This document shows, in pieces, positions 37,102-48,832 of a DNA stretch of 64,000 nt. The DNA lies in contig OZ038378.1 in NCBI GenBank assembly GCA_964036045.1, forward strand, positions 187,860,001 to 187,924,000, read 5' to 3'. A model generated the notes under the pieces. The model ran no database searches. It saw only the letters and a list, made by a program, of their open reading frames with translations, and had not been told where the DNA came from. The first letter of the stretch is position 1; each line of letters opens with the position of its first letter. The translations under genes were made by a program, and so were the position numbers. The DNA comes from Eutreptiella sp. 'Long Island Sound 2002' (Eukaryota; Protista; Euglenida).

Positions 37102-37682
37102 CCCCCCCCCCCTTTGCGCAAGCACCAACCAGGTCAGGAAAGTGACGGTCAGACCAGGTCCTGATGCTTAGACAAGGCAGTGCAACCGCGCGACGCGCGG
37201 TACCAAAGAAAGCATGTCCCGAAAACGTGCCCATACCTCACCCTAAGCACAACAGTCGCAACAGGGCGGTTTTGGTGGGGCTGTGGGGTATGGGGGCAAT
37301 TCTGGGCGCTCCCAAGTTGTAATTCCTCGGTTGTGGAATCTTCCCCACGAGTAGAACGAGTAGAATGATAGTGGCCGGTGCATGCTCACCGGTGGACCGG
37401 ACGTACGTGACAGCCAAGCCAGGGGTAACGACATTAGTCATGGCTGAAAATCACACCAAAACAAAGAGCAGTGGGGTGCGGTACCAAGCAAAATGTTGTT
37501 ATGAGCAGGAGGACTCGTCACAAGCATGAAACAGCCCCTCTTTCCCTCTACAATCGGCACACAACCACGCTTTGCCTACTTTCTGACCGTAAAAGCCGAG
37601 GTCAGAAAATTCGGTAAAAGTGACGGTCAGACCGGGTCCTGGTGCTTAGACAAGGCGGTGCTTGCGCAAGGGGGGGGGGGGG
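37102..37682. mobile_element. MITE with poly(C)-TTTGCGCAAGCAC terminal inverted repeats
   Basis: Left end C(n)TTTGCGCAAGCAC, right end GTGCTTGCGCAAG(n) followed by TA. An inverse homologue lies at 57385-57915 and another end at 58088-58140; both are preceded by TA (Tc1/mariner-like TSD). Confidence 0.7.
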
Positions 37683-40600
37683 TACATGGCCCTCCATGCC
37701 CTGCATGTGTTGCCGTGTAGACGCACTTGCGGGAGCATTTGGGAGGCAACGCAACACTACATCCCCACTGGACCCCCACAACGGCGCCGGACCCCCACAA
37801 CGGCGCCCTAGTACATCCCGCCCGAGATGGAACAGGGCATTTGGTTCCATGAATTACCGCTGATGGGGACCATGAGTGGGGCCATCATAGCAACCGATGC
37901 AGGCACCACCCTAGCAGGGATGGTCATGGCACTCGCGTGCGAGCGCACATCAACGGAGTATAGCACCAGGGTGGACCATGCCCCAGAGCATTGCTGGGGC
38001 ATCGGCACAAAGCTTCTTACCCCTTAAAGCTTGCCCAAACAAGCGCCTAGAATCGGCTGCGACCCCCTCTTCTAGTCCTCGATTTCTTGGGCTCTGCACA
38101 AGAGCCCGACCTCCTGATCACGTCGTGCTGAAAGTGCCAACAGTGGAAGTACACTACCTTCACCAGGGTATAGACGTTGGCTATTGCCATTAAAACCCGA
38201 TCTTGCTGAAGGCTGTGTGGGTTTCACATGTCATCCCTGCACCAGCTGAGGCTTACACCCCCCCTGCTCAAGAGCCAGCGCACGCCACATTGAGCTGGTC
38301 ACCGCTCGCTATCCACCACCCTCAGGTATGTCCACCAGCAGCACGAATCAACCAATTGAGATCGTCCCTCTTCTTGACCTCTCCACAACACATTTATTAT
38401 TGCAAACCTCAAAACACGAAGATCCATAAGACTCTACACTAGCCCTACAATGAGAACAATCATTTTACGGCGCTTCTAAACCCTTAGGACAAGGAACGAC
38501 TCCAAGCATTCTTCGACAAGGTGCTTGAGCGGACATCAGGAGCACACAACAACACCATCATGGAGGAAGTCGCCAAGTAGACGTTTGGAGATGACTAGAT
38601 CATGTGCGTTATAATTGTCCGCAGCACAAAGCATAATTGATCTAAAGAACAAATTCGCAGCCCTCAATACCCATTTGGAACTACGGAAGGCATCAGGACC
38701 AGCCCAAGATTCACAAGCAGCTGAATATCGGGCTCCCCGCAGGCCACAACCGAGGACCTCGGAGCACCCATACGCCTCTCCTTACAACAACACACCTTAG
38801 ATGAACAGTCACCACTCTTTGCAGCTAGAAACACATTCTTCCCCCTCATTGAGCAAAGGGAAGAGTGTGAGTGTGATTGAAGTGAAATAACGAGCAAGCT
38901 CGCAAGAAACTCCAAGACCAATGGTCCCATGTGAACTAGCAGATTGCACAAACTGAGCTGACAATGTGTTGCACAATCCTGATGATCAACTCGGTGACGC
39001 TTTTAAGACCTAACAAACTGAGGTATTAAAAAAGCAAATCCTTGTGGAACGATGCGCTCCCATGGACCGCCAATTGGCTATTGCAGTGGGAGTCTCCCCA
39101 GCCAAGAAGAAGGCGTGCTCCTTCTACCCGGACACTGCCCCCATGTCGATTCCTGACCCCCCCCCCAGACTCCCAACAATCCCATGAATTGTGATCCGTA
39201 GCTATGGCCATATGCCTATAACATGGGGGTATATGCAAGCTCAGTATCCGTTACTCATGGCCCAGACTCCCAACAATCATCCCCGATTCCAGGTCTTTCA
39301 TAGGCCAATATGAAAGCTATCTAGCTGATGCGTGAAAAAATGGCACAATTGCCAAACTTGCAGACCAATAGACTTGTGCTACTCTGAATAGCAGCAATTG
39401 ATGCTACAATTCCACTGGGAAAAGGATTTCATTGCCCAAATTCACATCAATACTTCTCCACGGAACGCACTGCCAGACCATGGCAAGGACTTGACAAGCT
39501 CACCGCCGACAAACTCTGCACCATTTTTCCGTGCAACGAACCTAGCATTATCCTCATGCTGAAAGACATAGAGCTATCTCAGGCCACATCCGTGCACAAC
39601 AAGCTGATGAATGAGCCCCCGCCGAACAGAATGGGCTTCTTGATTAAAGTCAGCTCTCAACAGCCTTTCAATCACTGGTGCGACCAAGCACTGCAGAAAA
39701 TGTCTGCCACCCGCCTGACCATGTAGGTGACACTCTCCTCAATGGAACCTGCTGATTTCTGGATTGTATGTTTCTGGATTGTATGTTTCTTTGCTGTCTC
39801 CATCTCTCAAAAGTTAAAACCAGACCACACCAGTGTAGGCCTGCAGTCACAGGGGTCCACCCTTGAAAGCAAGAACACTTCACTACTCCCAGCCCCAACT
39901 TCATCTTTCGCCGTACTATCTGAAGGGTCGACACACGTTATGACTGTGTGTTGCTCGGATGTCAAGTCCGCCAAGTTTCTGGGTGCACCCGTACTGTACA
40001 TAAATGGACCTTCCACTTTCTGCGGTTCTCCCGAGTACACTCAATGACACCTTGAGCACAAGAACTCAAAAAAAAAAAAGAAAAGAATACTCTTTCTACT
40101 ATTTCCTGCTTCCAGAAGTGAATGAAAAAGCAGCAATTGTCTCCACATGAGGCATGTTTCATAGGAAAAGCTACTTTTTCTACCCCATTCCAATTGGCTA
40201 TTGGAAACAACATCACCCAATGGGATATTTCTCTGTGCCTTGCATTCTTGAGATGAACTATGAGTTTGGAGGAACTCAAAAAGATGAGCATGCAACAAAG
40301 CTCAAAGAAGAATGGTCTTGGTATTGTCAAATAGGGAGGCACAATTCTCAATGTTCGGATGCTCTATGCGCGATCTACATGCCACTTTCAATGCAATTTT
40401 GTGGAAAAGCCCTCGAAAGGGTAAATCCAATGAAGGCAGCCAACATTATGCAGAATGCATATGCTTTTTCATGGTAGACCCACGGCTACATAACCCTTGC
40501 CATATCTTTTTTTTTTGGCCAACTCCAGGGTACACAGGCATCGCACTCACAACATACACTGGATCCCTAAACGAAATTGGGGCGCAAAGGCATAGACCGA

Positions 40601-40719
40601 TAGCTCACGTGATGCTTCACAACACTCTCTCGATTGCCGTAGGCAACTGCCACACCAAACGCTGCCGAATCTGTATTGAGTGGTTTGGGAAGGGCTGAAA
40701 CAGGGGGGGGGGTGGAAAA

Positions 40720-41670
40720 AAAATTCGTGTGAATTTTTTTTTTCGTACCCCCCTCCCCCTTCGGGGGTACCCCCCGAAAAAAAAGCTGGCACCCCATGTA
40801 GGAATTTTTTTTCGCCGGGAGGAATTTTTTTACTGTGTGCTACTTGAATTTGCATGGCACCTTCACTTTGCCACATTGTATGACATTGGCACATGAACTA
40901 TTGCTAAGATAAAAGTAAGTGGGTTTTTTTTTGCATGGCGCCATTGATTTCTCTCCAGTAGGGGGGGACACTTGTTAAATGCAATCGTCAGCCCAGGTTG
41001 CAACGTGACATTCTCGCCAATGCAAACAGAGCAGTAGTAGTAGCAACACATGGGCCGAGAAGCGGAAGAAGAAGCAGATTCCGAAGAAGAAGCACACGAA
41101 AGCGAACATACTAACACACCAACACACAAACCGTACCCTCACCGAGAACCAATCTTTGTTGGCAAGCCATTGTGGTGTAGCGGCCATCAACCAGCATGCG
41201 AGAAGGCAATGGGGCCATGACATTGTGGGGTCCACTGTAGGCTTGGGCAACCTTGGGCAACCTGCAGAACGGCTAGAATGGACATCAATCACCCTTGTCC
41301 TTCAATGCTGGTGGTTCGGTTTCTCGCCCCAGATAGCGTGGATTGCCTTATCTGGGGACTCTTTCCTGCCGATAAGAGGCCACGGTGGGGCGCTGCACTG
41401 CAGCCGGAACAGACCGCAGGTCTTTGTGCCCTTAAACACAAATACCCCCCATATCAGCTGAAATATCCATGGTTACCTTGAAAAATACCCTCCTTGCACC
41501 TTCCAAACCCAAACACGTGTGGTAGACTTAAGGAAATTTCAGGTTTTGGGGTCCGGAAAAAATTTTCGCGCGAATTTTTTTTTTCGTACCCCCCTCCCCC
41601 TCCGGGGGTACCCCCCGAAAAAAAAGCTGTACGCCAGTACCAGGAATTTTTTTTCTACCCCCCCCCCCCT
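40720..41670 (+). repeat. Direct repeat pair of about 110 bp (40720-40830 and 41560-41670)
   Basis: GAATTTTTTTTTCGTACCCCCCTCCCC..GGGGGTACCCCCCGAAAAAAAAGCTG..AGGAATTTTTTT occurs in both. Confidence 0.8.
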
Positions 41671-42486
41671 GGGCTGAAAAAGCAGAGCATGACACAGAAA
41701 GCAAGGGAAACTCATCTACAGCCATCCAGGCCCTGCACAAAACAACACACACAGCCCAACATAAAAACAATCCAAACCCTTCAAGGGCCCAGACTTCAGA
41801 TTTTGGGGAATCTTCAGATTCATTGTGTAGTGCTTTAACAACTGAAGCGTATTGCAGATGTTATGTGGTGTCATTTTGTGTCTGAGCCTTTTTCTGCTTT
41901 TCTGTGATTTTTGGAGTACCTAAAAGTCCTTTCATTTTTACACAAAAACACATCAAAACTGAAAGCGAGCAATGCAAAGCGAGAGAACATTGTATTCCAG
42001 CCACAAGTCATCATTGTTAGACACTTTGCTGATGTTTCGCATCAATCAAACCAGCTAGGTTGCAGGACCTCTCAATGGTAGCAGCCATTACAGGCCACCA
42101 AAGGTACAGCATGACAGCTTTACTCAACATGCCTTCACAGTCCTTCCACAAAAGCTGCCATATCAGACATTCCCTGATAATATCGCTTCCTAATTATCAG
42201 AGAAGGGCAGGGAGGGGCACCCAGGGGGCACCAACGTAACATTCAGTACAAAGACCGCCTTCTCCGAGTCATTAGGGGGACAGCCACTGTCCCCCTAATG
42301 ACTGGCAGATTCCAATTGAACTCCAGCATTTCAGTGATGTAATTGCCGGCCTGGGGCTTAATCTTGTGGGACTGGGCGCAGCTTCAACAAGGGGGGGCAG
42401 GGGTTGCTTTGGCCTATGCATAGGTCATGTGCCGGGTGTGGGATGCATATGTCCATCTCCACAGAGCCATTCACATCCGCAACGCG

Positions 42487-42850
42487 ATGTTTTCCATCGA
42501 GTCCAGCCCTCAGCATCCATTCACTTTGCCCTCCGAAGGGCCTTTCACTCCCAATTCGTCCGTCAATGAAATGAGCTTTGAGAACAGCTCTGTGGACAAC
42601 GACGACGCCTACCAATGTCGCCCTTGCACCCCAACGCAGCACACCATCAAGAGCTTTGCAAAGCAGAGGCCCGCCGCTACCAGACCGCCAAACCAGAAGG
42701 TCCGCAGCGGCACCAAAAAGCCCGCAGCAAACCCACCCCTTTGCCTGGATTTTCTCAATGGCAAATGCACCCGGTGCGGCTGCAAGTATTATCACCCCAA
42801 GCCCGATGAGATCTTCGAGCACGCAGCAGTAACGACGAAGAAGGGTGCAG
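42487..42850 (+). CDS. CCCH zinc-finger RNA-binding protein, exon 1
   Basis: Acceptor CTCCACAG ends at 42464, ATG at 42487. Contains CLDFLNGKCTRCGCKYYH (C-x7-C-x4-C-x3-H). The phase-1 donor is at 42851 (GTCTGT) or alternatively 42845. Confidence 0.8.
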
Positions 42851-43113
42851 GTCTGTTGGGCTATGTTGTACGGCCGTTGGGTTTTGCTGTGCTGGTTCAT
42901 CGCGCTTCCGCTGGACGTAGGGTGCCAGGGACTGCCGCATCGCCCCCACGTCCTCATGTTGGCTCGTGTGGGGCTGCGCTGTTTGGCTGTGCTGTAGTCA
43001 TGGTGTTGTAGGTGCGGTGTAGGTCTGTCAGTGTGTGTGCTGCAGGGCTTACTGTGTCGTGTATCTGTGTCGTGCTGTGGATGCGTTGGGGTGTGCAAAG
43101 GATGTGTTGCGCT

Positions 43114-43356
43114 CAGGGCTGTCCTTTAGGAATGAGATATGAGGACTGTCTGAGGTCATCGGTGGCAGGATTTGGTTTATCCATGGCGGTTGACACTCAA
43201 CCGACGGAGGGTGGCGCGTAACCCACGGCGGTTGACGGTCAGCTGACGCCGGTTGGCCGATGGTCGAGAGCACTTACTCGTCGGCTGGCGCTACACTGAG
43301 GTCCGAGGGTACCGGGGCGGGTAGGTTTTTCTGCATTGGCGTTAAGGGCAGCCCTG
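43114..43356. mobile_element. MITE-like element (CAGGGCTG family) in intron 1 of the CCCH gene
   Basis: CAGGGCTGTCCTTTAG at 43114 and TTAAGGGCAGCCCTG ending at 43356 form imperfect TIRs. Internal GGCGGTTGAC motifs. Confidence 0.6.
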
Positions 43357-43495
43357 GGCGCTGTTGTGTTCGTCTGTTGGTTTGCACTGCAGGGGCGTCA
43401 GACCACAGTGTCGGTGTGTTTTTGTCTGTCGGCCTGTCTTGGGGTGGGCTGTAGGTCTGTTGGGCTGCGCAGTAGGTCTGTTGGGGCTGCTGCAG

Positions 43496-44055
43496 GTAAG
43501 GGGAGCGGAGGAGCCGCGCCGATGGCCATTATGGCCAACATCTGCGAGGTGTGGCTCCTCACTGGCTTCTGCAAGTTCGGGGACGCCTGCTGGAAGCAGC
43601 ACTTGCCGCGCTGGCAGGCCACCCCTAAGGTCGCTGAGCCGCTCACCAAGAAGTTCCAGGGGTGGATGGAGGGCCGCCCGAGACCTGCAGGCGGCAGAGA
43701 GCCTGCGTTGCCGCTCCCGGTTGAAGTCGGGCTTCCCACGCCACTCCCATTCACTCCGGAGTCCGCGCCGCCGGCTCCCGAAAGCGTTATTTCCCGGAAA
43801 CCGGTCCCGCCGGCTGCAGCCCCCAAAAGGCCCGACCTCAATTCTGCTGCGGCATTCCCCAAGGGCCGCACCCACCATGACAAGCGGGGCCATGCCTTCG
43901 CCGCCCTGGCGCACCTGAAGGCCAGCCACGAACTCTCGCAGACGCGGCTGCTCGAGTCCGCGCAGAAAAGCAGCGGCCCGCCCATCTCAGAGCTGCTGCC
44001 GCTGTCCCATGACAAGGCGCTGACGGAGCAGCACACTGCGCAGGCTTTTGTGCAG
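43496..44055 (+). CDS. CCCH protein, exon 2 (second zinc finger)
   Basis: CAG acceptor at 43493-43495 (phase 1). Contains CEVWLLTGFCKFGDACWKQH (C-x8-C-x5-C-x3-H). Donor CAG|GTTAGC at 44056 (phase 0). Confidence 0.8.
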
Positions 44056-44183
44056 GTTAGCGTGCCCACTGGAGGCTGCTCTGTTTTCGCTCAATATATT
44101 AGGGCTCTCTTCTGCATCTTTTCTTCATCACTTCTTTCTTCCTTCTTTCATCCTCTTCCCACTCCCTCTGTCCCGTTCCTCCT

Positions 44184-44364
44184 CGGGGCTGTCCTTTAGG
44201 AATAGGAATGAGATTCCCCCCCCTTCCCCCTTTTTTCCTCGACGAATGATGAGGTCTTGGACAGCAGGATCGCGGTTCGGCGGCGGCGGTTGTAGCTTGA
44301 GGGGTGGTTGATGGTCAACCAACGCTGCTTGCCCTGCGTGCCCTGCGTGATGGCTGCAGCCCTG
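44184..44364. mobile_element. MITE-like element (CAGGGCTG family) in intron 2 of the CCCH gene
   Basis: GGGGCTGTCCTTTAGGAATAGGAATGAGA at the left end and GCAGCCCTG at the right end. Inverse homology to 25494-25736. Confidence 0.6.
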
Positions 44365-44708
44365 GGGCACGGGCAAAAAGCCTAGAACTGCAGTGCGAAA
44401 CTGCCTTTTTTTACCCCTCTCCCCGCTCTTGAGGGACAAACCCAACAAAAGACATAGCACTGCACATGGGTTGTACTACACATAGCCCTCTAGCCTCAGA
44501 AAACAATGAATTCTGTAGTGCAGGTGCAGGCTGTATTGGTACATATCAAAACTAAAACTCGTTGGGGCGGAACCACCGTTTACGGCAACCAGTAAAACGA
44601 CAGTTCCAAAAAGGCTGATTGGATACCGTGACCTGGCCTTCCTATTGCAGTATTTGACATGTGTTCGTGCATGTGTCGAGGTGAAACCTCTCCCCCTTCC
44701 CGCCCCAG

Positions 44709-44927
44709 TCTGAGACTCGGGGAAGCACAGGCTGCCCTGCTGAACGCCCCCCTCCCCTTCTCCATGCTCAGATGCGCGAGGCAGCATTGCCCCAGACACA
44801 AACCGAAGCCTTTCAAGGCAACACCTACGCGGAGGCCTCGAATCATGTCCAGGCACAGGGCGTTTGGGACTATGGACTGCAGACGGACGCAGCCTCCCCA
44901 TACACGCACAACCCCTACGCATTCTGA
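44709..44927 (+). CDS. CCCH protein, terminal exon ending in YTHNPYAF*
   Basis: A long pyrimidine tract ends CCCCAG| (phase 0), followed by 73 codons that end SPYTHNPYAF-TGA. This frame is not in the ORF track because it has no upstream start. The three exons total 1143 nt (381 codons). Confidence 0.8.
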   Translation, partial: SETRGSTGCPAERPPPLLHAQMREAALPQTQTEAFQGNTYAEASNHVQAQGVWDYGLQTDAASPYTHNPYAF

Positions 44928-45401
44928 TGGATCGCCCAGTCCGGGGAATCCCGCAGCGCCCGCCTCTCTGGAGTGCCCCCCGTGTGCCCTCAAACGCGGG
45001 GTGCAGGCCAGAAGGAGGTGAGGTTGAGATCAACCGCCTGCCAACCCCCCATGGCCGGCCCGGATGGAGGGCTGCACCAGGCACCACCCCCGTAGCGGAC
45101 GTGCCAAGGCCTGCACCTGCACCACGCCCTGCACGGACCTGCTCGCACCCTCAGACCCACGAAGCAGTTTGTCCCACAGGAGCCCATGCTGCAGGGTGGA
45201 TGTGCGCAGGAGCAGGCAGTGTGCGCGTGAAGCCCTGGCCAGTGCACCAGGGGTTTGATGTTTTCAAGGGCGGCAAGGGTTGGCACCCGTGCGGCATGCA
45301 GCTCATGCGACACTTCAACTCCAAACAGGCCACTACCGCACATGTGCCGAAGACCCCAGCTCAACTCTATCTACGTTCCATGTGAGGGAGTGGCCTCTGC
45401 C

Positions 45402-46690
45402 CACACGCCTGCCCAAGCAACTGAGTATTCGAAGCGGAGCATGCGACCTTGGCACCCCCTGCATTTCTGTCCCCTGGGAGAATGCTGCAGTGGCCTGTTC
45501 GCAACCAACCGAAATTCGGCCGCTACCGCCTACTCGGATGATCCCCTCCCTTTCTTTTGCGGCGCTTTCTTACAGGTTGGCTGAGCCAGGATTCCCAGGG
45601 GAAACCCCGCGGAGGGATAGTGTTCTGGATCCCAAGAGCAACCATCCGCACCGGCTGTAGCCGAGTGGCCTGTGAGCCGCAGGCTTTGGCACGCATCAAC
45701 CAACCAGAAAACCGCGTATTAAACATAACAACACGAAGCAGGGCATTGCGGAAGACACGCATGACATGCACGGGCACCAAGCCGTACATGCACGCGCAGC
45801 CCACGCAGGACCTGCGTGCACAGCATCCCCCACCCATTTTCCCATCTTTTCTGCACTACCCCATTATATTATTGAATGTTACCATTTATATTACTGAGGA
45901 AATGATACTGCCTTCAGCTGCAGCACGATTTTCTGTGTCCTACATTGGCCTTACCCCGGCCTCGAATCCGACCACACGGCGTGGCGGCCGCAAGTGCAGA
46001 CATTAACTTGCAAGTATTGAGGGGCAAAGGCAACATTGGGTTGAACACCGAGAAAGCGCCCGAAAAGAATGGCGTTGGCGCCAACACTTAACAAGCACCA
46101 TGACCGCTAACACGTTGGGGGCATTTGGGCATTTGGGGGCCACACACCTGCGCAAGCAATTGAGTATTCGAAGCGGAGCATGCGACCTTGGCATCCCCTG
46201 CATTTCTGTCTCCTGGGAGAATGCTGCAGTGGCCCCTTCGCAACCAACCGAAATTCGGCCGCTACCGCCTACTCGGATGATCCCCCCCCTGTCTTTTGCG
46301 GCGCTTTCTTACAGGTTGGCTGAGCCAGGATTCCCAGGGGAAACCCCGCGGAGGGATAGTGTTCTGGATCCCAAGAGCAACCATCCGCACCGGCTGTAGC
46401 CGAGTGGCCTGTGAGCCGCAGGCTTTGGCACGCATCAACCAACCAGAAAACCGCGTATTAAACATAACAACACGAAGCAGGGCATTGCGGAAGACACGCA
46501 TGACATGCACGGGCACCAAGCCGTACATGCACGCGCAGCCCACGCAGGACCTGCGTGCACAGCATCCCCCACCCATTTTCCCATCTTTTCTGCACTACCC
46601 CATTATATTATTGAATGTTACCATTTATATTACTGAGGAAATGATACTGCCTTCAGCTGCAGCACGATTTTCTGTGTCCTACATTGGCCT
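45402..46690 (+). repeat. Two near-identical 550-bp direct repeats (45402-45951, 46141-46690) around a 189-bp spacer
   Basis: Constant 739-bp offset; the duplicated ORFs 45523..45837 and 46262..46576 are almost identical. The spacer 45954-46125 recurs almost exactly at 54375-54546. Confidence 0.95.
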
Positions 46691-46759
46691 CAGACCAGGA
46701 CATCCCAGTGCGACCGGGGCCGGCAGTAGACGCGTTAAAATGACCACCGCCAGTGGGGG

Positions 46760-47050
46760 GGGGTTTTGGCATGACGCCATGGTGTGATGATCTCGTCTGC
46801 AGCTGGCGGCGCCTACTGGCCGATCGCCATTCGCTGCCCTTCCCTTGGACCCTTTCCCTCCATAGGCGGTGGTGCCCATCAGCTTCTCACCACCCTTTGA
46901 CCTTCCTCTTCCTCCTTGCCCTAACCTTCCCTCTCCCCTCCCCTTTCCCTTCCCTTGGCCTTTCCCTCTGTAGGCCACCGTGCCCATCGGCCTCACCACA
47001 CTCCTTCCCTTCCCTTTCCCTTGGTCGGTTGTGCCAACGGAGCCCCCGGA
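46760..47050 (+). repeat. Dispersed repeat, homologue of 7850-8150
   Basis: Same conserved blocks as the 7850-8150 copy, in opposite orientation. Confidence 0.85.
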
Positions 47051-47588
47051 CTTGCCCTGTTTCACTTCTCTGCGTCGAGTCCACACAGAGGAAGGCAAAT
47101 GCCTTCGCCGTTGGCCAGGTGCGTCCAAGCGGCCATCCCAAGCCGGCGGTGAGGTACCTCTCCCCAACGGCGGCTGGTGGGCCCTGGGATGGCCACTTGC
47201 GGGGTCGTTTCCCCGACGGGGGCACATAACAACCTTTCTCCTCCAAGTTCCCGCGCTCAGTCCATCCTTTGGCGAGCGCAACACAAACCCCCTACCCTCT
47301 CCTTCATGCCTTTGCTGCGCGGACGGGGGTTGTGGGGGATGCGTGGGTGCACGGGGGAGTAGGATGTAGCGGGTGACGTGGGGTGGGCCTCTTACCGTCG
47401 CTGGCCGCCCCCTTCGTTGCGCGACTCCCCGGTGGGGGGGGGGGGGGGTTGACCCTGGACCCCCACGTGGTGTGCCCAATGAAATGGGACAAAGCAGGAC
47501 AGAAAAGGGCACAGGCAGCACAAGCACAGTTGTAGGATGGCCCGCTGCAGTACATCCCACCAGTATTTTACTGCAGTACATCGCACAA

Positions 47589-47964
47589 GTATTTACTGAT
47601 GGCTCCTTTTGTGAGGAGGCGGCGGGTGTTGGGTTTGCAAGGTATGGGGTATGGTTCAGTCTGCTACCCACGAAATGTGGCCCTCCCATGGGAGGGCCCG
47701 GAAAAAACAAACAACCGGGCTGAGCCGATGGCCTGCATTTCTGCCCTGCGAGTAGCGCCATCCTCACAGCCATTGCAGGTAGCTACCGACAGCAAATATG
47801 TCCATGATGGGGTCATCCTGTACATTGATAGATGGTTCCTTTTAGGCCAATGCATTGCTACTCAGGACCTATGGGGGGAGCTGCGGCAGGCCCTGTCTAC
47901 GCGGCGCGCACGTGGCGCGCAGTCACATCATGGAAGCATGTCTTCAGTCACATCGGTGTCCTAG
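47589..47964 (+). pseudogene. RNase H1-like domain fragment, frameshifted (probably retroelement-borne)
   Basis: VFTDGS..AGVG...YGVWF in one frame, then KTNNRAE...ALR...LQVATDSKYVHDG...RW..QDLW in the next. These are the RNase HI catalytic D, E and D motifs. Confidence 0.8.
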
Positions 47965-48794
47965 CTAGCGAGAGAGCGGACGCCTAGCCAACCAGGGGCA
48001 GCTAAGATATCCGGGACACATGCTGTTGCTGAGGGAACACGCGGCCCGATAGGGCCTGCACCCTGTAGTGCTGTCAGCATGACACATTGACCCACCTGCA
48101 ATACAAGTCTCTCCACCACGGTTGTTTGTTTGTTTGTTATTGTTGCTCTCCTCCTTTTGTTAGTGTGCAGGTTAAAAGCTGCACTGACTTTGTGCACACT
48201 CCTTCTATGGTTGGATGGCCGGCGAGTCCTGGGCACAGGGTTGCAAGGCATACATGAATGGACACTCATGTTTGCCCTCCATTAGGAATGAGGATTGTTT
48301 CTCTTACCTTTCAGACTGCCGCGGGCGATCTCCCAACCCCAAGCCCTGTACCCCCTTGTGCAGGGATGCATGGGCTGGGCTATGGGGAGCGGTAGGGCAA
48401 ACACGCATGCAATACGTTTCTTGGTGCCTCATGGTGGTTTAAACAAGGGAACGAGCCGTGGTGTGTTGTCGGCGATGTGCACATATTGGGTAACTGAGAG
48501 CCCACAAGGCTGCCCAACTACAAGGCACAAACACAGAACACAAGGTTTGCAGAGATCTAGGAATGTAGGGATGTTGGACCTCGCAGTTTGAGCATGTCCG
48601 GAATATGTCCCTTGGCACACACACACACAATAGGCTTGTACATATGGGACAGGATGCAGGAAGCTGTGAATCAATGTGCTAGTTGACAAGTGCCTACCAG
48701 CAAGGCAACAAAACTCGTGGTTTCGCTGATGGGAATAGGAATCACACTTGTTGAACTTCGTAGTTTGAGCACGATTTGAACAATTTGGATGTCA

Positions 48795-48832
<38 letters not shown>

